Assembly (NCBI GenBank): GCA_050115495.1
Contig: JASFQK010000006.1
Span: forward strand, 96,001-160,000
Direction: 5' to 3'
Length of the DNA: 64,000 bases
From: Phycisphaerae bacterium
GTDB lineage: Bacteria > Planctomycetota > Phycisphaerae > UBA1845 > Fen-1342
Every line of letters begins with the position of its first letter. Positions within the stretch are counted from its first letter, which is position 1. Positions 37,372 to 47,029 of the stretch are shown in pieces. Under the pieces are notes generated by a model that saw only the letters and a program-made list of their open reading frames with translations, was not told the origin of the DNA and did no database searches. Position numbers and translations under genes: made by a program.

Positions 37372-38805
37372 ATGCGACACACCCTCCCCTCTGTCGTCGC
37401 CGCCCCGTCCCGCGGCAAACCGAGATTCTGCGTCGCCCTCGCGCTGGCCGCCGCCCTGCTGGCCGTCCAGCCCGCCTTCGCCCAGTTGCGGCCCGTGGTC
37501 ATCCGCGAGGCCACCGTGCTGACCGGCGACGGACGGACCATCGAGAATGGCGGCGTGGCCTTCCAATCCGGCCAGATCACCGAGATTGGCCGCGATCTCG
37601 AAGCCTCATTCCTCGCCCAGAAGATCCCCGGCCGCGGCAAATACGTTACGCCCGGCCTCATCGACATCTACAGCACGCTCGGCCTGCGCGACCGGCTCGG
37701 CGGAGGATCGCCCACCGCCAAGGCCGTCGATGCCTTCGATTACTACGCCAGTGACGAGCTCCGCGCCGCCTGGCGCTGCGGCGTGACCGTCGTCTACCTA
37801 CCGGCCCGCACGAGTAACGGCGTCGGCGGGCTGGGCGCCGTCATGCGGCTGCTGCCGCCGAGGTCCTCCGGGGACGCGGTACTCGCCGAAGAGGCGGCCC
37901 TGAACATCGCCGTCGACGCCTCCGGCCGCCAGGGCCCGCTGTCCCGCGTGCGGACGGTCGAGGGCATGCGGCAGCTCCTGCGCTCCGCCAAGGAGTATCG
38001 CGAGACGTGCGAGAACTACGAGGAAGACCTCAAGGAATACGAGAAGAAAGTCGCCGAACGCGCCGCCAAAAAGGCCGAGGCCGAGAAGAAGGAGCAATCC
38101 GAGGGCGGCGCCGCGAAGAAAGGCGCGGACGAGGAAGAGAAAGAGGGCGAAGAGAAGAAGGACGCCGACGAGGAAGCCGAGAAGGACGAGCTGGAAAAGC
38201 CCACCGAGCCTGACCGCAATCCCGCCGCGCAGATTCTGCTGCGGGCCCTTGACGGTGAGATCCGCGTGCGCATCGAGGTTCACCATCCGGCGGACATTCT
38301 CAACATCCTCGACCTCGCCGAAGAGTACTCACTGGCCCTCGTCCTCGAAGGGGCCACCAGCGCCCATCTCGTCGCCGACCGCCTCGCCAAGGCGGACGTC
38401 CCCGTCGTGCTCTTCGCCGAACCCGCCCCTCTGGCCTACGACCCCGGCGCGGGACGCTACGAACGTCCGGACGCGGCGGCGGCACTGAGCCGCGCCGGCG
38501 TGAAAGTCTATCTCGGCACGGGCCCGCTGTCGGACACGACGGCCGAGCCGCGGCTGACGCTCGCCGCCGCCCGAGCGGTGGGCGACGGCCTGAGCACCGA
38601 CGCCGCCTTCGCCACCATCGCCTGGGGTGCCGCCCGGCTGCTGGGCATCGCGGACCGCGCCGGTCTGCTGGCCCCCGGCCGGGCCGCTGACATCGTCATC
38701 TGGAGCGATCACCCCCTGGCCCCCGGAGCCCGCGTCGAGCGCGTATTCCTCGACGGTCAGGAAGTCTACAACGCCGAAAAGGACGAGGAAGGACTCCGCC
38801 CGTGA
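37372..38805 (+). CDS. Secreted amidohydrolase-fold protein A (metal ligands lost; charged coiled-coil insert)
   Basis: TPGLIDIYSTLG (HxH absent), G.LAPGR.ADIVIWSDHPL; signal peptide. Confidence 0.85.
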   Translation: MRHTLPSVVAAPSRGKPRFCVALALAAALLAVQPAFAQLRPVVIREATVLTGDGRTIENGGVAFQSGQITEIGRDLEASFLAQKIPGRGKYVTPGLIDIYSTLGLRDRLGGGSPTAKAVDAFDYYASDELRAAWRCGVTVVYLPARTSNGVGGLGAVMRLLPPRSSGDAVLAEEAALNIAVDASGRQGPLSRVRTVEGMRQLLRSAKEYRETCENYEEDLKEYEKKVAERAAKKAEAEKKEQSEGGAAKKGADEEEKEGEEKKDADEEAEKDELEKPTEPDRNPAAQILLRALDGEIRVRIEVHHPADILNILDLAEEYSLALVLEGATSAHLVADRLAKADVPVVLFAEPAPLAYDPGAGRYERPDAAAALSRAGVKVYLGTGPLSDTTAEPRLTLAAARAVGDGLSTDAAFATIAWGAARLLGIADRAGLLAPGRAADIVIWSDHPLAPGARVERVFLDGQEVYNAEKDEEGLRP

Positions 38806-39983
38806 GATTCCCGGCAATGCGACGAGAACGTGTTCGGCGACAGGTGGCCGCGTGGGTCGCGTTGCTGAGCCTGCTGTTGTGGCCGGCATCCGTGCCCGGG
38901 CAGACACGCGTGCTGCGAGCCGCCGCCCGCGTCGCCCCCGACGGCAGCCTCGCCGACGACGGCCTGATCGTCATCCGTGACGGAACCATCGCCCAGGTCG
39001 GCGGCGAAGCGCCCGCGGACATCACCATCGATGACTATCCGCAGGCCGTCCTCTGCCCCGGTCTGATCGACTGCCGCAGTACGCTCGGCGTGCTGGGCGG
39101 CCTTGGCGAACACCAGACCGCCGTCCAGCCCAACGTCCGTGCCGCCGACGCTTTCGACAAGTACTCGCCGCAGTTGGCCACGGCTCTGCAAGCGGGCGTG
39201 ATGGTCTTCGCCATCGCCCCGGACGACGAGAACCTGGTCGGCGGCCGCATCGCCGTTTGCCAGACCGCCGGCCCGGACGGCCGCCCGCGTCTGCTGAGCG
39301 AGACCGGCCCGCTGAAGCTCTCGCTGTCGCCGGATGCGCTGAAGGGTGATCGCGAACCCACCTCGCGCAGCGGCGCCCTGGGCATGTTGCGCGACACGCT
39401 CACCGCGGCCCGCGAGCGTCCAGCCACGGCCGACCCGCTAGCCGCTTTCGCCGGCGGCACGCTCACCGGCGTGCTCTGTGCGCCAAGCGCCGCCGACGTC
39501 ATGGCCGGCGCCGACCTGGCTGAGCAGTTCGGCCTGCACCTCGTCGTCGAACACACGAATGACGCCCGGCTGGTGGCCGGCGACCTCGGCGACCACATCG
39601 CCGCGGTCATCGTCGGCCCGCTCGGGCTACACGCCGATCGACGGGCGGCACTGGCTGCCGGTCTGTTCGAAAAAGGTGGCACGCCCGTGGCCATCGCTGG
39701 CGGCCTGCCGGATACGTCACCGGACAGCCTGCGCATCGGCGCCGCCGTCGCTTGCCGCGCTGGCTTGAGTGCCGAAGCGGCTCGCCGGGCGATCACGATC
39801 GTACCGGCCACGGTGCTGGGCGTGTCCGAACGAATCGGCAGTCTCGAAGAGAAACGACAGGCGGACGTGGTGGTCTTCTCGGGTGACCCGCTCGACCTAC
39901 GCAGCCGCGTCCTGGCCGTCTACGTTCAGGGGATCAGGGTATTCGTCGCCGACCAACCGGCGGCGCAAGGAGATCAACCATGA
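38802..39983 (+). CDS. Secreted amidohydrolase-fold protein B (metal ligands mostly lost)
   Basis: PGLIDCRSTLG; AITIVPA.VLGV..RIGSLE..RQADVVVFSGDPL; GTGA overlap with A (alternative ATG 38817). Confidence 0.85.
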   Translation: MRFPAMRRERVRRQVAAWVALLSLLLWPASVPGQTRVLRAAARVAPDGSLADDGLIVIRDGTIAQVGGEAPADITIDDYPQAVLCPGLIDCRSTLGVLGGLGEHQTAVQPNVRAADAFDKYSPQLATALQAGVMVFAIAPDDENLVGGRIAVCQTAGPDGRPRLLSETGPLKLSLSPDALKGDREPTSRSGALGMLRDTLTAARERPATADPLAAFAGGTLTGVLCAPSAADVMAGADLAEQFGLHLVVEHTNDARLVAGDLGDHIAAVIVGPLGLHADRRAALAAGLFEKGGTPVAIAGGLPDTSPDSLRIGAAVACRAGLSAEAARRAITIVPATVLGVSERIGSLEEKRQADVVVFSGDPLDLRSRVLAVYVQGIRVFVADQPAAQGDQP

Positions 39984-41455
39984 GAATCAGTATCTCCAGC
40001 AAGGGGTGGCTCTCCGCCACATCGTCGCACCGTCGCATCATCTTCGCCGTGTGTCTGGCGTTCGGCCTACTGATCTGCGCTCCGGCCGCGAGCGCCGACG
40101 ACGCGAAGGTCGTCGTCATCAAGGCCGCCCGCCTCTACACGGGTGAAGGCGCGCCGATCACGAACGGCCTCGTCATCGTGCGCGATGGCCAGATCGTCGC
40201 CGCTGGCGCCGACCTCGCCATTCCCGAAGGCGCACAGGTCATCGATCTGCCCGAAGGCGTCATCACGCCCGGCTTGATCGACGCCTGCTGCACGGTCGAC
40301 TCCGAGGTCAAACAACAGGCCACGGACAGCCTCCACGGCGTCGAGCGCTATTCGTTCTGGCGGGCCATCGGCGAGATCGAGCCGCCCGATCCGAACGGCC
40401 CCTCGCTGCCCGGCGATTCCGAGTTTCCCGTCGGCCCCATCGCCGCCACGCGCGCCCTCGCCCCGGCGATCGACCCCGGCATAAGCTGGGCCGAACACGC
40501 TTCCGAAGTCACGCCCCACCGCCTCATGGCCGACTCGCTCAACCTGTACTCGAATGACTTCCGCCGGCTGCTCCGCGGCGGCGTGACCACCGTCTACGTC
40601 GCCCCCGACACGGCCGACGTTATCGGAGCCCGCGGCGTCGTCGTGAAAACCGCCGGCCTTCGCTCGCAGCGCATCGTGCAGCGCGAGGCGGCGGTGACGG
40701 CCTCGCTCGGCGGCGACCCCAGCTACCGCGGCGCCGGCAACAACCTCCCGCCGCGCTACGGCCCCGATCCGAACATTCACACGCGCCGACCCACGACGCG
40801 CATGGGCGTCGACTGGGTCTTCCGCAAAGCGTTCTATGACGCCAAGGCCACGCGCGACGGCCGAGCGCCCTCCGGCGCCGACGCACCGCCCGCCGAGGCG
40901 GTCCCCGTCCTCCTCGACCTGCTCGACGGCAAGGTGCCGCTGCGCATCCACGCCCGCCAGCAGAACGACATCTTCTCGGCGTTGCGGCTGGCCCGCGAGT
41001 TCGGCCTACGCTTCACCCTCGAAGAAGCCACCGAGGTGTACCGCTGCCTCCCGCAACTGCACGACGCCGGCGTGCCGGTGATCTTCGGCCCGCTCTACAT
41101 GAACGCCACCGGCTGGCGGCACTACAGCGGCGAAGCCCGGCATCCGCACCTGGACACGCCCGTGGAGTTCGTCGAGAGCGGCATCGAATTCGCCCTGACC
41201 GCGCAGGAGCTGCGTGACGAAGAGGGCCTCGCCCGCCAGGCGATGTTCGCCGTACGTCACGGCCTCAAGCCGGAGCAGGCCCTGCAAGCCGTCACCGCGA
41301 CGCCGGCGAAGCTGATCGGCTTCCCGCAGCGTCTGGGCGTGCTGACCCCCGGTGCCGACGCCGACCTGGTCGTGTGGAACGCCGAGCCCTTCACGGCCAC
41401 CTCGCGCCCGCTGCTGGTCATGATCAACGGCCAGGTGGTGCTCAAGGACAAGTGA
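39980..41455 (+). CDS. Secreted amidohydrolase-fold protein C (HxH lost)
   Basis: PGLIDACCTVD; PTTRMG; LRIHARQQNDI; PGADADLVVW; ATGA overlap with B. Confidence 0.85.
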   Translation: MRISISSKGWLSATSSHRRIIFAVCLAFGLLICAPAASADDAKVVVIKAARLYTGEGAPITNGLVIVRDGQIVAAGADLAIPEGAQVIDLPEGVITPGLIDACCTVDSEVKQQATDSLHGVERYSFWRAIGEIEPPDPNGPSLPGDSEFPVGPIAATRALAPAIDPGISWAEHASEVTPHRLMADSLNLYSNDFRRLLRGGVTTVYVAPDTADVIGARGVVVKTAGLRSQRIVQREAAVTASLGGDPSYRGAGNNLPPRYGPDPNIHTRRPTTRMGVDWVFRKAFYDAKATRDGRAPSGADAPPAEAVPVLLDLLDGKVPLRIHARQQNDIFSALRLAREFGLRFTLEEATEVYRCLPQLHDAGVPVIFGPLYMNATGWRHYSGEARHPHLDTPVEFVESGIEFALTAQELRDEEGLARQAMFAVRHGLKPEQALQAVTATPAKLIGFPQRLGVLTPGADADLVVWNAEPFTATSRPLLVMINGQVVLKDK

Positions 41456-41522
41456 TTCGGGCCAGGCACGGCCGCTGACGACCCGGACCATCCATCGCCG
41501 ACAGGAACACAAGGACCCGCTC

Positions 41523-42908
41523 ATGCCAGGAAAGTGTTTCCGCCTCGTGGCTTGCACACTGCTCGTTTGGGGATTGCCGCTCGCGGCGAGCATCGCGGCC
41601 GGTCCGCCGCCGGAGAGAGTCGCCCTCACCGGCGCCCGCATCATCACCATGGCCGGCGAGCCGCTGGAGCAGGGCACTGTGCTCATCGAGCACGGCCGCA
41701 TCGTCGCCGTCGGCCCGGACGTCGAGGTCCCCTACGACGCCCGCGTCTTCGACCTCAGCGGCAAGGTCGTCTTCCCCGGCATGATCAACGTGCACACCGC
41801 CGGCGGCCTCGACGTCACGAACGAGCCGCGCCCCGTCGTGCCACAGCTCAACGTCTACGACGCCATCGACCCCTCGCAGCTCTTCTTCGAAGACGCCCTG
41901 CGGCTGGGCATCACCGGCATCCACGTCATCCCCGGCAACAACACGGTCATCGGCGGCCTCGGCCGCGTCGTTCACCCGATCGGCATGACCGTCGCCGAAA
42001 TGACCATCACCGAGGGCGAGTTTCTGAAGCTGTCCATCTCTCCGCGCAGCGGCCTGGACCACATGAGCCAGATGGCCACGCTCCGCGAAACGTTCCTCGA
42101 TCTCGACGACTACCTCGCCAAGCTCGCCGAAAATCGCTACGAAGAGAAGCTCGCCGAAGACAAGAAGCAGATTGATGTCGGTCCCGCGGAGGCCCGCCGC
42201 CGCGGTCGCGACCTGATCCGCGCCGAGGACATCGACGATGAGCACCGCAACATGCTCCGCCTGATCGGCGGCAAGGTGCACGTCGCCGACGAGGATGGCC
42301 CACGCCTGTTCGAGCCGCTCGGCGCCTTCATCTACTGCGAAGAGGCCATGGACGTCGGCCCCGCCGTCCGCCTGGCCAAAGAGCACGACTTCCTCAGCCG
42401 CACCGTCCTCGTGCTCGACGGCGAATGCTACAAGGCCGTCGGCGAGCTCCGCCGCGCCGCCCGCCCCGTCGTCCTGCCGCCCGAGCTGATCTACCGCGAG
42501 ACCGACCCGCTCACCGGCGAGGTGCGCGAGACCTTCGTCCCCAAAGTCATCCACGACGCCGGTCTCGAATACGCCCTCATCCCCGGCCCCGACACCTCCT
42601 ACGCCGAACGGATGCTGACCTACCAGGCCGCCTGCTGCGTGCGTTACGGCATCCCGCGCGAGGCCGCCCTGAAGGCCATCACCGTCACGCCGGCGAAGAT
42701 GCTCGGCCTCGAAGGTCGCCTCGGCGCCATCGCCCCCGGCTTCGACGCCTACCTGGTCGTCTTCAGCGGCGACCCGCTCGATTTCAACAGCGTCGTCGAG
42801 AAGGTCTTCATCGACGGCATCCCCGCCTACGATCGCGACAAGGACGTGCGGCTCAAGCGGCTGCTGACCCCCGGCCCCGCCAAGACCACCGAGGAGAAGC
42901 CGGAGTGA
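41523..42908 (+). CDS. Secreted amidohydrolase-fold protein D (partial metal site)
   Basis: PGMINVHTAGG; PGNNTVIGG.G; AITVTPAKMLGL; signal peptide. Confidence 0.85.
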   Translation: MPGKCFRLVACTLLVWGLPLAASIAAGPPPERVALTGARIITMAGEPLEQGTVLIEHGRIVAVGPDVEVPYDARVFDLSGKVVFPGMINVHTAGGLDVTNEPRPVVPQLNVYDAIDPSQLFFEDALRLGITGIHVIPGNNTVIGGLGRVVHPIGMTVAEMTITEGEFLKLSISPRSGLDHMSQMATLRETFLDLDDYLAKLAENRYEEKLAEDKKQIDVGPAEARRRGRDLIRAEDIDDEHRNMLRLIGGKVHVADEDGPRLFEPLGAFIYCEEAMDVGPAVRLAKEHDFLSRTVLVLDGECYKAVGELRRAARPVVLPPELIYRETDPLTGEVRETFVPKVIHDAGLEYALIPGPDTSYAERMLTYQAACCVRYGIPREAALKAITVTPAKMLGLEGRLGAIAPGFDAYLVVFSGDPLDFNSVVEKVFIDGIPAYDRDKDVRLKRLLTPGPAKTTEEKPE

Positions 42909-45766
42909 GCGGCACAACCCGGTACATCGTCGCGGCCGCGGCCCTCGGTGCCGTGTTGCTGCTCACCGCCTTCGGCGTGCTCGGTCTGACGCAACCCGAG
43001 CCGGCGGCGACGCCCGCCGCACCGGCCCCGGCCGAATCCGCGGCCGCCGGCCCGTCGTTCGTCATCCGCGCCAAGGCTGTCTATCCGGTCACAGCCGCCG
43101 CCCCCGGTCCGCTGACGCCCGGCACGATCATCGTGCGTGACGGCCGCATCGAAGCCGTCGGCACCGACCTCGACATCCCCGCCGATCTGCCCGTCATCGA
43201 CCTGCCCGACGAAGTCATCTGTCCCGGCTTCGTCTCGGCGGGCAGCGCCCTGGCCGGCCGGCACCGCGGCGACGAGAGCGTCAGCGGCGCCTACCACGCC
43301 CTCGACGCCTTCGACAACTACTACGATTACCGTCCCACACTGGCCCGCGGCACAACCACCGCGCACCTCGACCCCGGCGAGCACCGCCTCGTCAGCGGCG
43401 TCGGTGCCGTGGTCAAGCTCGCCGGCGATCCCGAACAGCGCGTCCTCGTGCCCGAGGCCGATCTAACCATCACGCTCGGCACGTTCGATCCGCCGCCACT
43501 GTTCAAGCCGCCCTTCTACGCCTCGTCCGACGTCGCCATCGAGCCGGCCCAGCGGCAGCGCCCCGATTCCCGCCTCGGCCAGTTCCTCGAGCTCGAAGAG
43601 CGCATCGCGGCGGCCAACGCGGCTGCGGCCGATCCCGCCGCTGCCGTCGAGGCCCCGTTCAACGTGCACACGCAGGCGTTCAGCGAGGCGTGGACAGCGA
43701 AGCTGCCGCTGCGCTTCCAGGTGCGGCGGGCCGCCGACATCGCCGGCGCCCTGCGCTTCATCGCCGAACAGGGCCGGCCGGCATACCTCGTCGGCTTGAC
43801 CGAGGCCGACCGCCTGCCCGAAGCGTTGTGGGCGGCGCGCGTCCCCGTCGTAGTCCGCGTAGAAGAGACCTACGAGCAACCGGGCCGGGACATCGGCCGT
43901 CATCCCAACGCCCTCGCCCCGGCTCTCGACACCGCTGGCCAGTTGGCTCCCGGACCGCTGGCCATCGCTCTCGCCGGCCGCAGTGGCGACCGTGACGAGG
44001 ACCTGCGCATGGTGGCCCGGCTGGCCGTGCGCGGCGGCATGTCCGCCGAGCAGGCCCTGGCCGCGATCACCCGCACGCCTGCGGAAATCCTCGGCGTCGA
44101 TGAGCGCGTCGGTAGCCTCGCCCCCGGGCGCGACGCCGACCTGCTCGTCCTGACGGGCGCCCCGCTGGATATTTCGAGCCACGTCCGCCGCGTCTACGTC
44201 GGCGGGCGCATGGTCTTCGAAGCTCCGCAGCGTGAGGCGCTGGTCATCAAGGCCGGCACCGTGTGGGTGGGCGACGGCACGGTCTTGCAGGACGGCGCCG
44301 TGCTGATCGAGGACGGCAAGATCCAGGCGGTTGGCCACCGCGTGCCGCATCCACCTTCGGCGCGCGTGATCGACGCCGGCCCGGACGGCTTCCTCACGCC
44401 CGGCTTCATCGACAGCCTCGGGCACCTCGGCCTCGAAGGAGACCGCTCGGGCGCTGGGCCGGACATGAAGTTGCCGCGAGTGCTCGCGACGGCCGGTTCG
44501 GACTTCCTGCGCGTGGCCCGCGCGGGCGTGACCACGGTGCTGCTGACCCCCTACGCCTTCCCGGACAACGGCGCCCGGCTGACCGCCATCAAGACCTACG
44601 GCTTCAGCCGCGAAGACCTTGTGGCCCGCGAGGTGACGGGCCTGCGCTTCTCGCTGCGTGGCCGCGACCCGCTCACCGGTCTCGGATCGCTGCGCGGCGC
44701 GCTCGACGCTGCGAAGAAGTACGACGAGCAGTGGAAGAAGTACCAGGAAGAACTGGCCAAGTGGGAGAAGGCCCGCGCCGAGGGCAAGACGGCCAAGCCC
44801 AAGGAGAAGGAAGAGACGGTCGTCGAAGGCGGCAAGGAAGACCCGATCACCGGTACGTGGGAGGTGACGCTCAGCGGCGATCCGCTGCCCGAGACGGTCA
44901 CCACCACCATGACCCTCAAGCTCACCGGCGACACGATCGAGGGCCGCGTTCTCGAACCGGGCGGCAGCGAGGAAGTTGAGCTCACCGGCACGCTCAACGG
45001 CAAGGAAGTAACGCTTGAGATCACGGTGCCTGACTCGCCCGTCGGCAACCCGGTCGTCAGAGCAGCGCTCGACCGCGAAGACCACATGACCGGCACGCTG
45101 ACCATCGCCAACTACGCGATTCAGTTCGAGGCCACCCGCACCGACAAGAGCGACGTCGAGTTCAAGGTCACCCGTCGCCGCCAGCGGTCGAAGGACGGCC
45201 GCCCGCTTCCACCGCGGGTCAACGAATCGCTCGAACCCTACCGCCCGCTGCTGGCCGGCCAAATCCCCGCCGTGGTCGACGTGTCCTCGGCCGGCGAGAT
45301 CGCTGCCGCCATCAAGCTGTTCATCGAAGAGAACAAGCTGCCGCTGGTTCTGCTGGGTGCGGACGACGCCGCCGACGTCATGGACCGCCTGGTGGCCTGC
45401 AAGGACAAGCTGGGTGTGATCGTGTCGCCGGTGCTGGTCACCGAGCGCGAGCGCCGGCCCTACTGGCCGGTCATCGACCTCAGCCGGCACGGCATCCCCG
45501 TCGCCCTGCGGAGTGGCGGCGAGGACCGGGCCCGCAACCTGCCACTAATGGGCTTGTACGCGGTCGCCGAAGGGCTGGGCGGGGATGTCGCCCTACGGGC
45601 CCTGACGATCGACGCCGCGAAGATGTACCACCTGGACGATCGGCTGGGCTCGCTCCAGCCGGGACGCGATGCCGACGTGCTCATCTTCCAGGGCCACCCG
45701 TTCGATACGGGCAGCCGGTTGGAGCGCGTGGTGATTTCCGGACGCGAGGTGCCGCATGAGAAGTAG
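42905..45766 (+). CDS. Tandem two-domain amidohydrolase-fold protein E with inserted beta-barrel domain
   Basis: GTG 42905 overlaps the stop of D; N-terminal hydrophobic helix; domain 1 PGFVSAGSAL, domain 2 PGFIDSLGHLG; two GSL.PGRDAD motifs. Confidence 0.85.
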   Translation: MSGTTRYIVAAAALGAVLLLTAFGVLGLTQPEPAATPAAPAPAESAAAGPSFVIRAKAVYPVTAAAPGPLTPGTIIVRDGRIEAVGTDLDIPADLPVIDLPDEVICPGFVSAGSALAGRHRGDESVSGAYHALDAFDNYYDYRPTLARGTTTAHLDPGEHRLVSGVGAVVKLAGDPEQRVLVPEADLTITLGTFDPPPLFKPPFYASSDVAIEPAQRQRPDSRLGQFLELEERIAAANAAAADPAAAVEAPFNVHTQAFSEAWTAKLPLRFQVRRAADIAGALRFIAEQGRPAYLVGLTEADRLPEALWAARVPVVVRVEETYEQPGRDIGRHPNALAPALDTAGQLAPGPLAIALAGRSGDRDEDLRMVARLAVRGGMSAEQALAAITRTPAEILGVDERVGSLAPGRDADLLVLTGAPLDISSHVRRVYVGGRMVFEAPQREALVIKAGTVWVGDGTVLQDGAVLIEDGKIQAVGHRVPHPPSARVIDAGPDGFLTPGFIDSLGHLGLEGDRSGAGPDMKLPRVLATAGSDFLRVARAGVTTVLLTPYAFPDNGARLTAIKTYGFSREDLVAREVTGLRFSLRGRDPLTGLGSLRGALDAAKKYDEQWKKYQEELAKWEKARAEGKTAKPKEKEETVVEGGKEDPITGTWEVTLSGDPLPETVTTTMTLKLTGDTIEGRVLEPGGSEEVELTGTLNGKEVTLEITVPDSPVGNPVVRAALDREDHMTGTLTIANYAIQFEATRTDKSDVEFKVTRRRQRSKDGRPLPPRVNESLEPYRPLLAGQIPAVVDVSSAGEIAAAIKLFIEENKLPLVLLGADDAADVMDRLVACKDKLGVIVSPVLVTERERRPYWPVIDLSRHGIPVALRSGGEDRARNLPLMGLYAVAEGLGGDVALRALTIDAAKMYHLDDRLGSLQPGRDADVLIFQGHPFDTGSRLERVVISGREVPHEK

Positions 45767-47018
45767 ACTCAGGCTGGCCGCTGTGCTCCTGCTGGCGATG
45801 ACCGTCGCCGGCGGGTGGGCCGACGATCTGCGCGGGCAAGCCGGCGAGTCGGCCGGCATGGCTCTGCGCGTGGCCAAGATCGTCGCCATGGACGACGCCG
45901 ACACCGTGATCAACGACGCCGTCGTGCTGGTGCGCGACGGGCAGATCGAGGCTCTCGGCCCGGCCGGCAAGATCGAGGTGCCGGAGTCCTACCGCGTCCT
46001 CGAATTCCCCGAGCACTGGCTGGTGCCCGGCATCGTCGACGCCCACAACCACAGCGCCGCCGGCGCCTGGGACGACCTCAACGACATGGTCTACCAGACC
46101 AACCCCGGCCTCGACACCCGCAGCATTCCCCAGGCCGACAACGACTGGATCCGCCTGGCTCGCATGGGCGGCGTCACCACCGTCATGCTCCTCCCCGGCA
46201 GCGGCACCAACCTCGCCGGCATGGGCACCGTGGTCAACACCGGCGGCCGCGACCCCGACGAGATCGTCATCCGCTCGCCCGGCTCGCTCAAGATCGCCCA
46301 GGCTGGCAACCCCGAGTGGTACTTCGGCGGCAACGGCCGCATGTTCATGTACTGGAACCTGCGCCAAACCCTCGAAAAAGCTGAGAAGTACCACCAGAGC
46401 TGGCTCGACTACGAAGAGGGCCGCACCACCGAGCCGCCCCCGTTCGACCCCACCTGGGAGATCATCCGCGACACGTTCCGCCACAAGAACCCGGCCACCA
46501 TGCATACGCAGGGCTACCAGCTCATGATGTCCACGCTGGACATGATTACCGGCCGCTTCGGCATGTGGACCGTTCTGGACCACTGCACGTTCAACGGCTG
46601 GAAGCTCGGCCCGCTCGTGTGCGAGACCGACGCCTGGGCCATCAACGGCCCGCGTCAGTACGAGTTCGACCGCACCGCCCGCCGTATGATCGGCAACGCC
46701 TCCGGCTGGTGGAAGAACGGCGTCCGCCGCCTCGGCATCAACACCGACGCCCCCGTCATTCCCCAGCAGGAACTGACCTACCAGGCGGCCATGGCCTGCT
46801 GGTACGGCTGGCTGCCCTATCCCGCCCTCCAGGCGGTTACCCGCGTCAACGCCCAGTCCATTGGCGTCTACGACCAGGTCGGCAGCGTCGAGGTGGGCAA
46901 GCAGGCCGACCTCTCCATCTGGACCGGCGACCCGCTCGATCCCCGTTCGGCCTGCCTGCTGACCATCCTCAAGGGCCGGATCATCTACGACGGCACCGAA
47001 GGTCTGCGACGGTTTTAG
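45756..47018 (+). CDS. Secreted metal-dependent amidohydrolase F (complete binuclear metal site)
   Basis: PGIVDAHNH (HxH), SLKIA (carbamylated Lys position), MHTQ, LDHC, INTDAP (Asp). Confidence 0.9.
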   Translation: MRSRLRLAAVLLLAMTVAGGWADDLRGQAGESAGMALRVAKIVAMDDADTVINDAVVLVRDGQIEALGPAGKIEVPESYRVLEFPEHWLVPGIVDAHNHSAAGAWDDLNDMVYQTNPGLDTRSIPQADNDWIRLARMGGVTTVMLLPGSGTNLAGMGTVVNTGGRDPDEIVIRSPGSLKIAQAGNPEWYFGGNGRMFMYWNLRQTLEKAEKYHQSWLDYEEGRTTEPPPFDPTWEIIRDTFRHKNPATMHTQGYQLMMSTLDMITGRFGMWTVLDHCTFNGWKLGPLVCETDAWAINGPRQYEFDRTARRMIGNASGWWKNGVRRLGINTDAPVIPQQELTYQAAMACWYGWLPYPALQAVTRVNAQSIGVYDQVGSVEVGKQADLSIWTGDPLDPRSACLLTILKGRIIYDGTEGLRRF

Positions 47019-47029
47019 GAACCCTGTTG

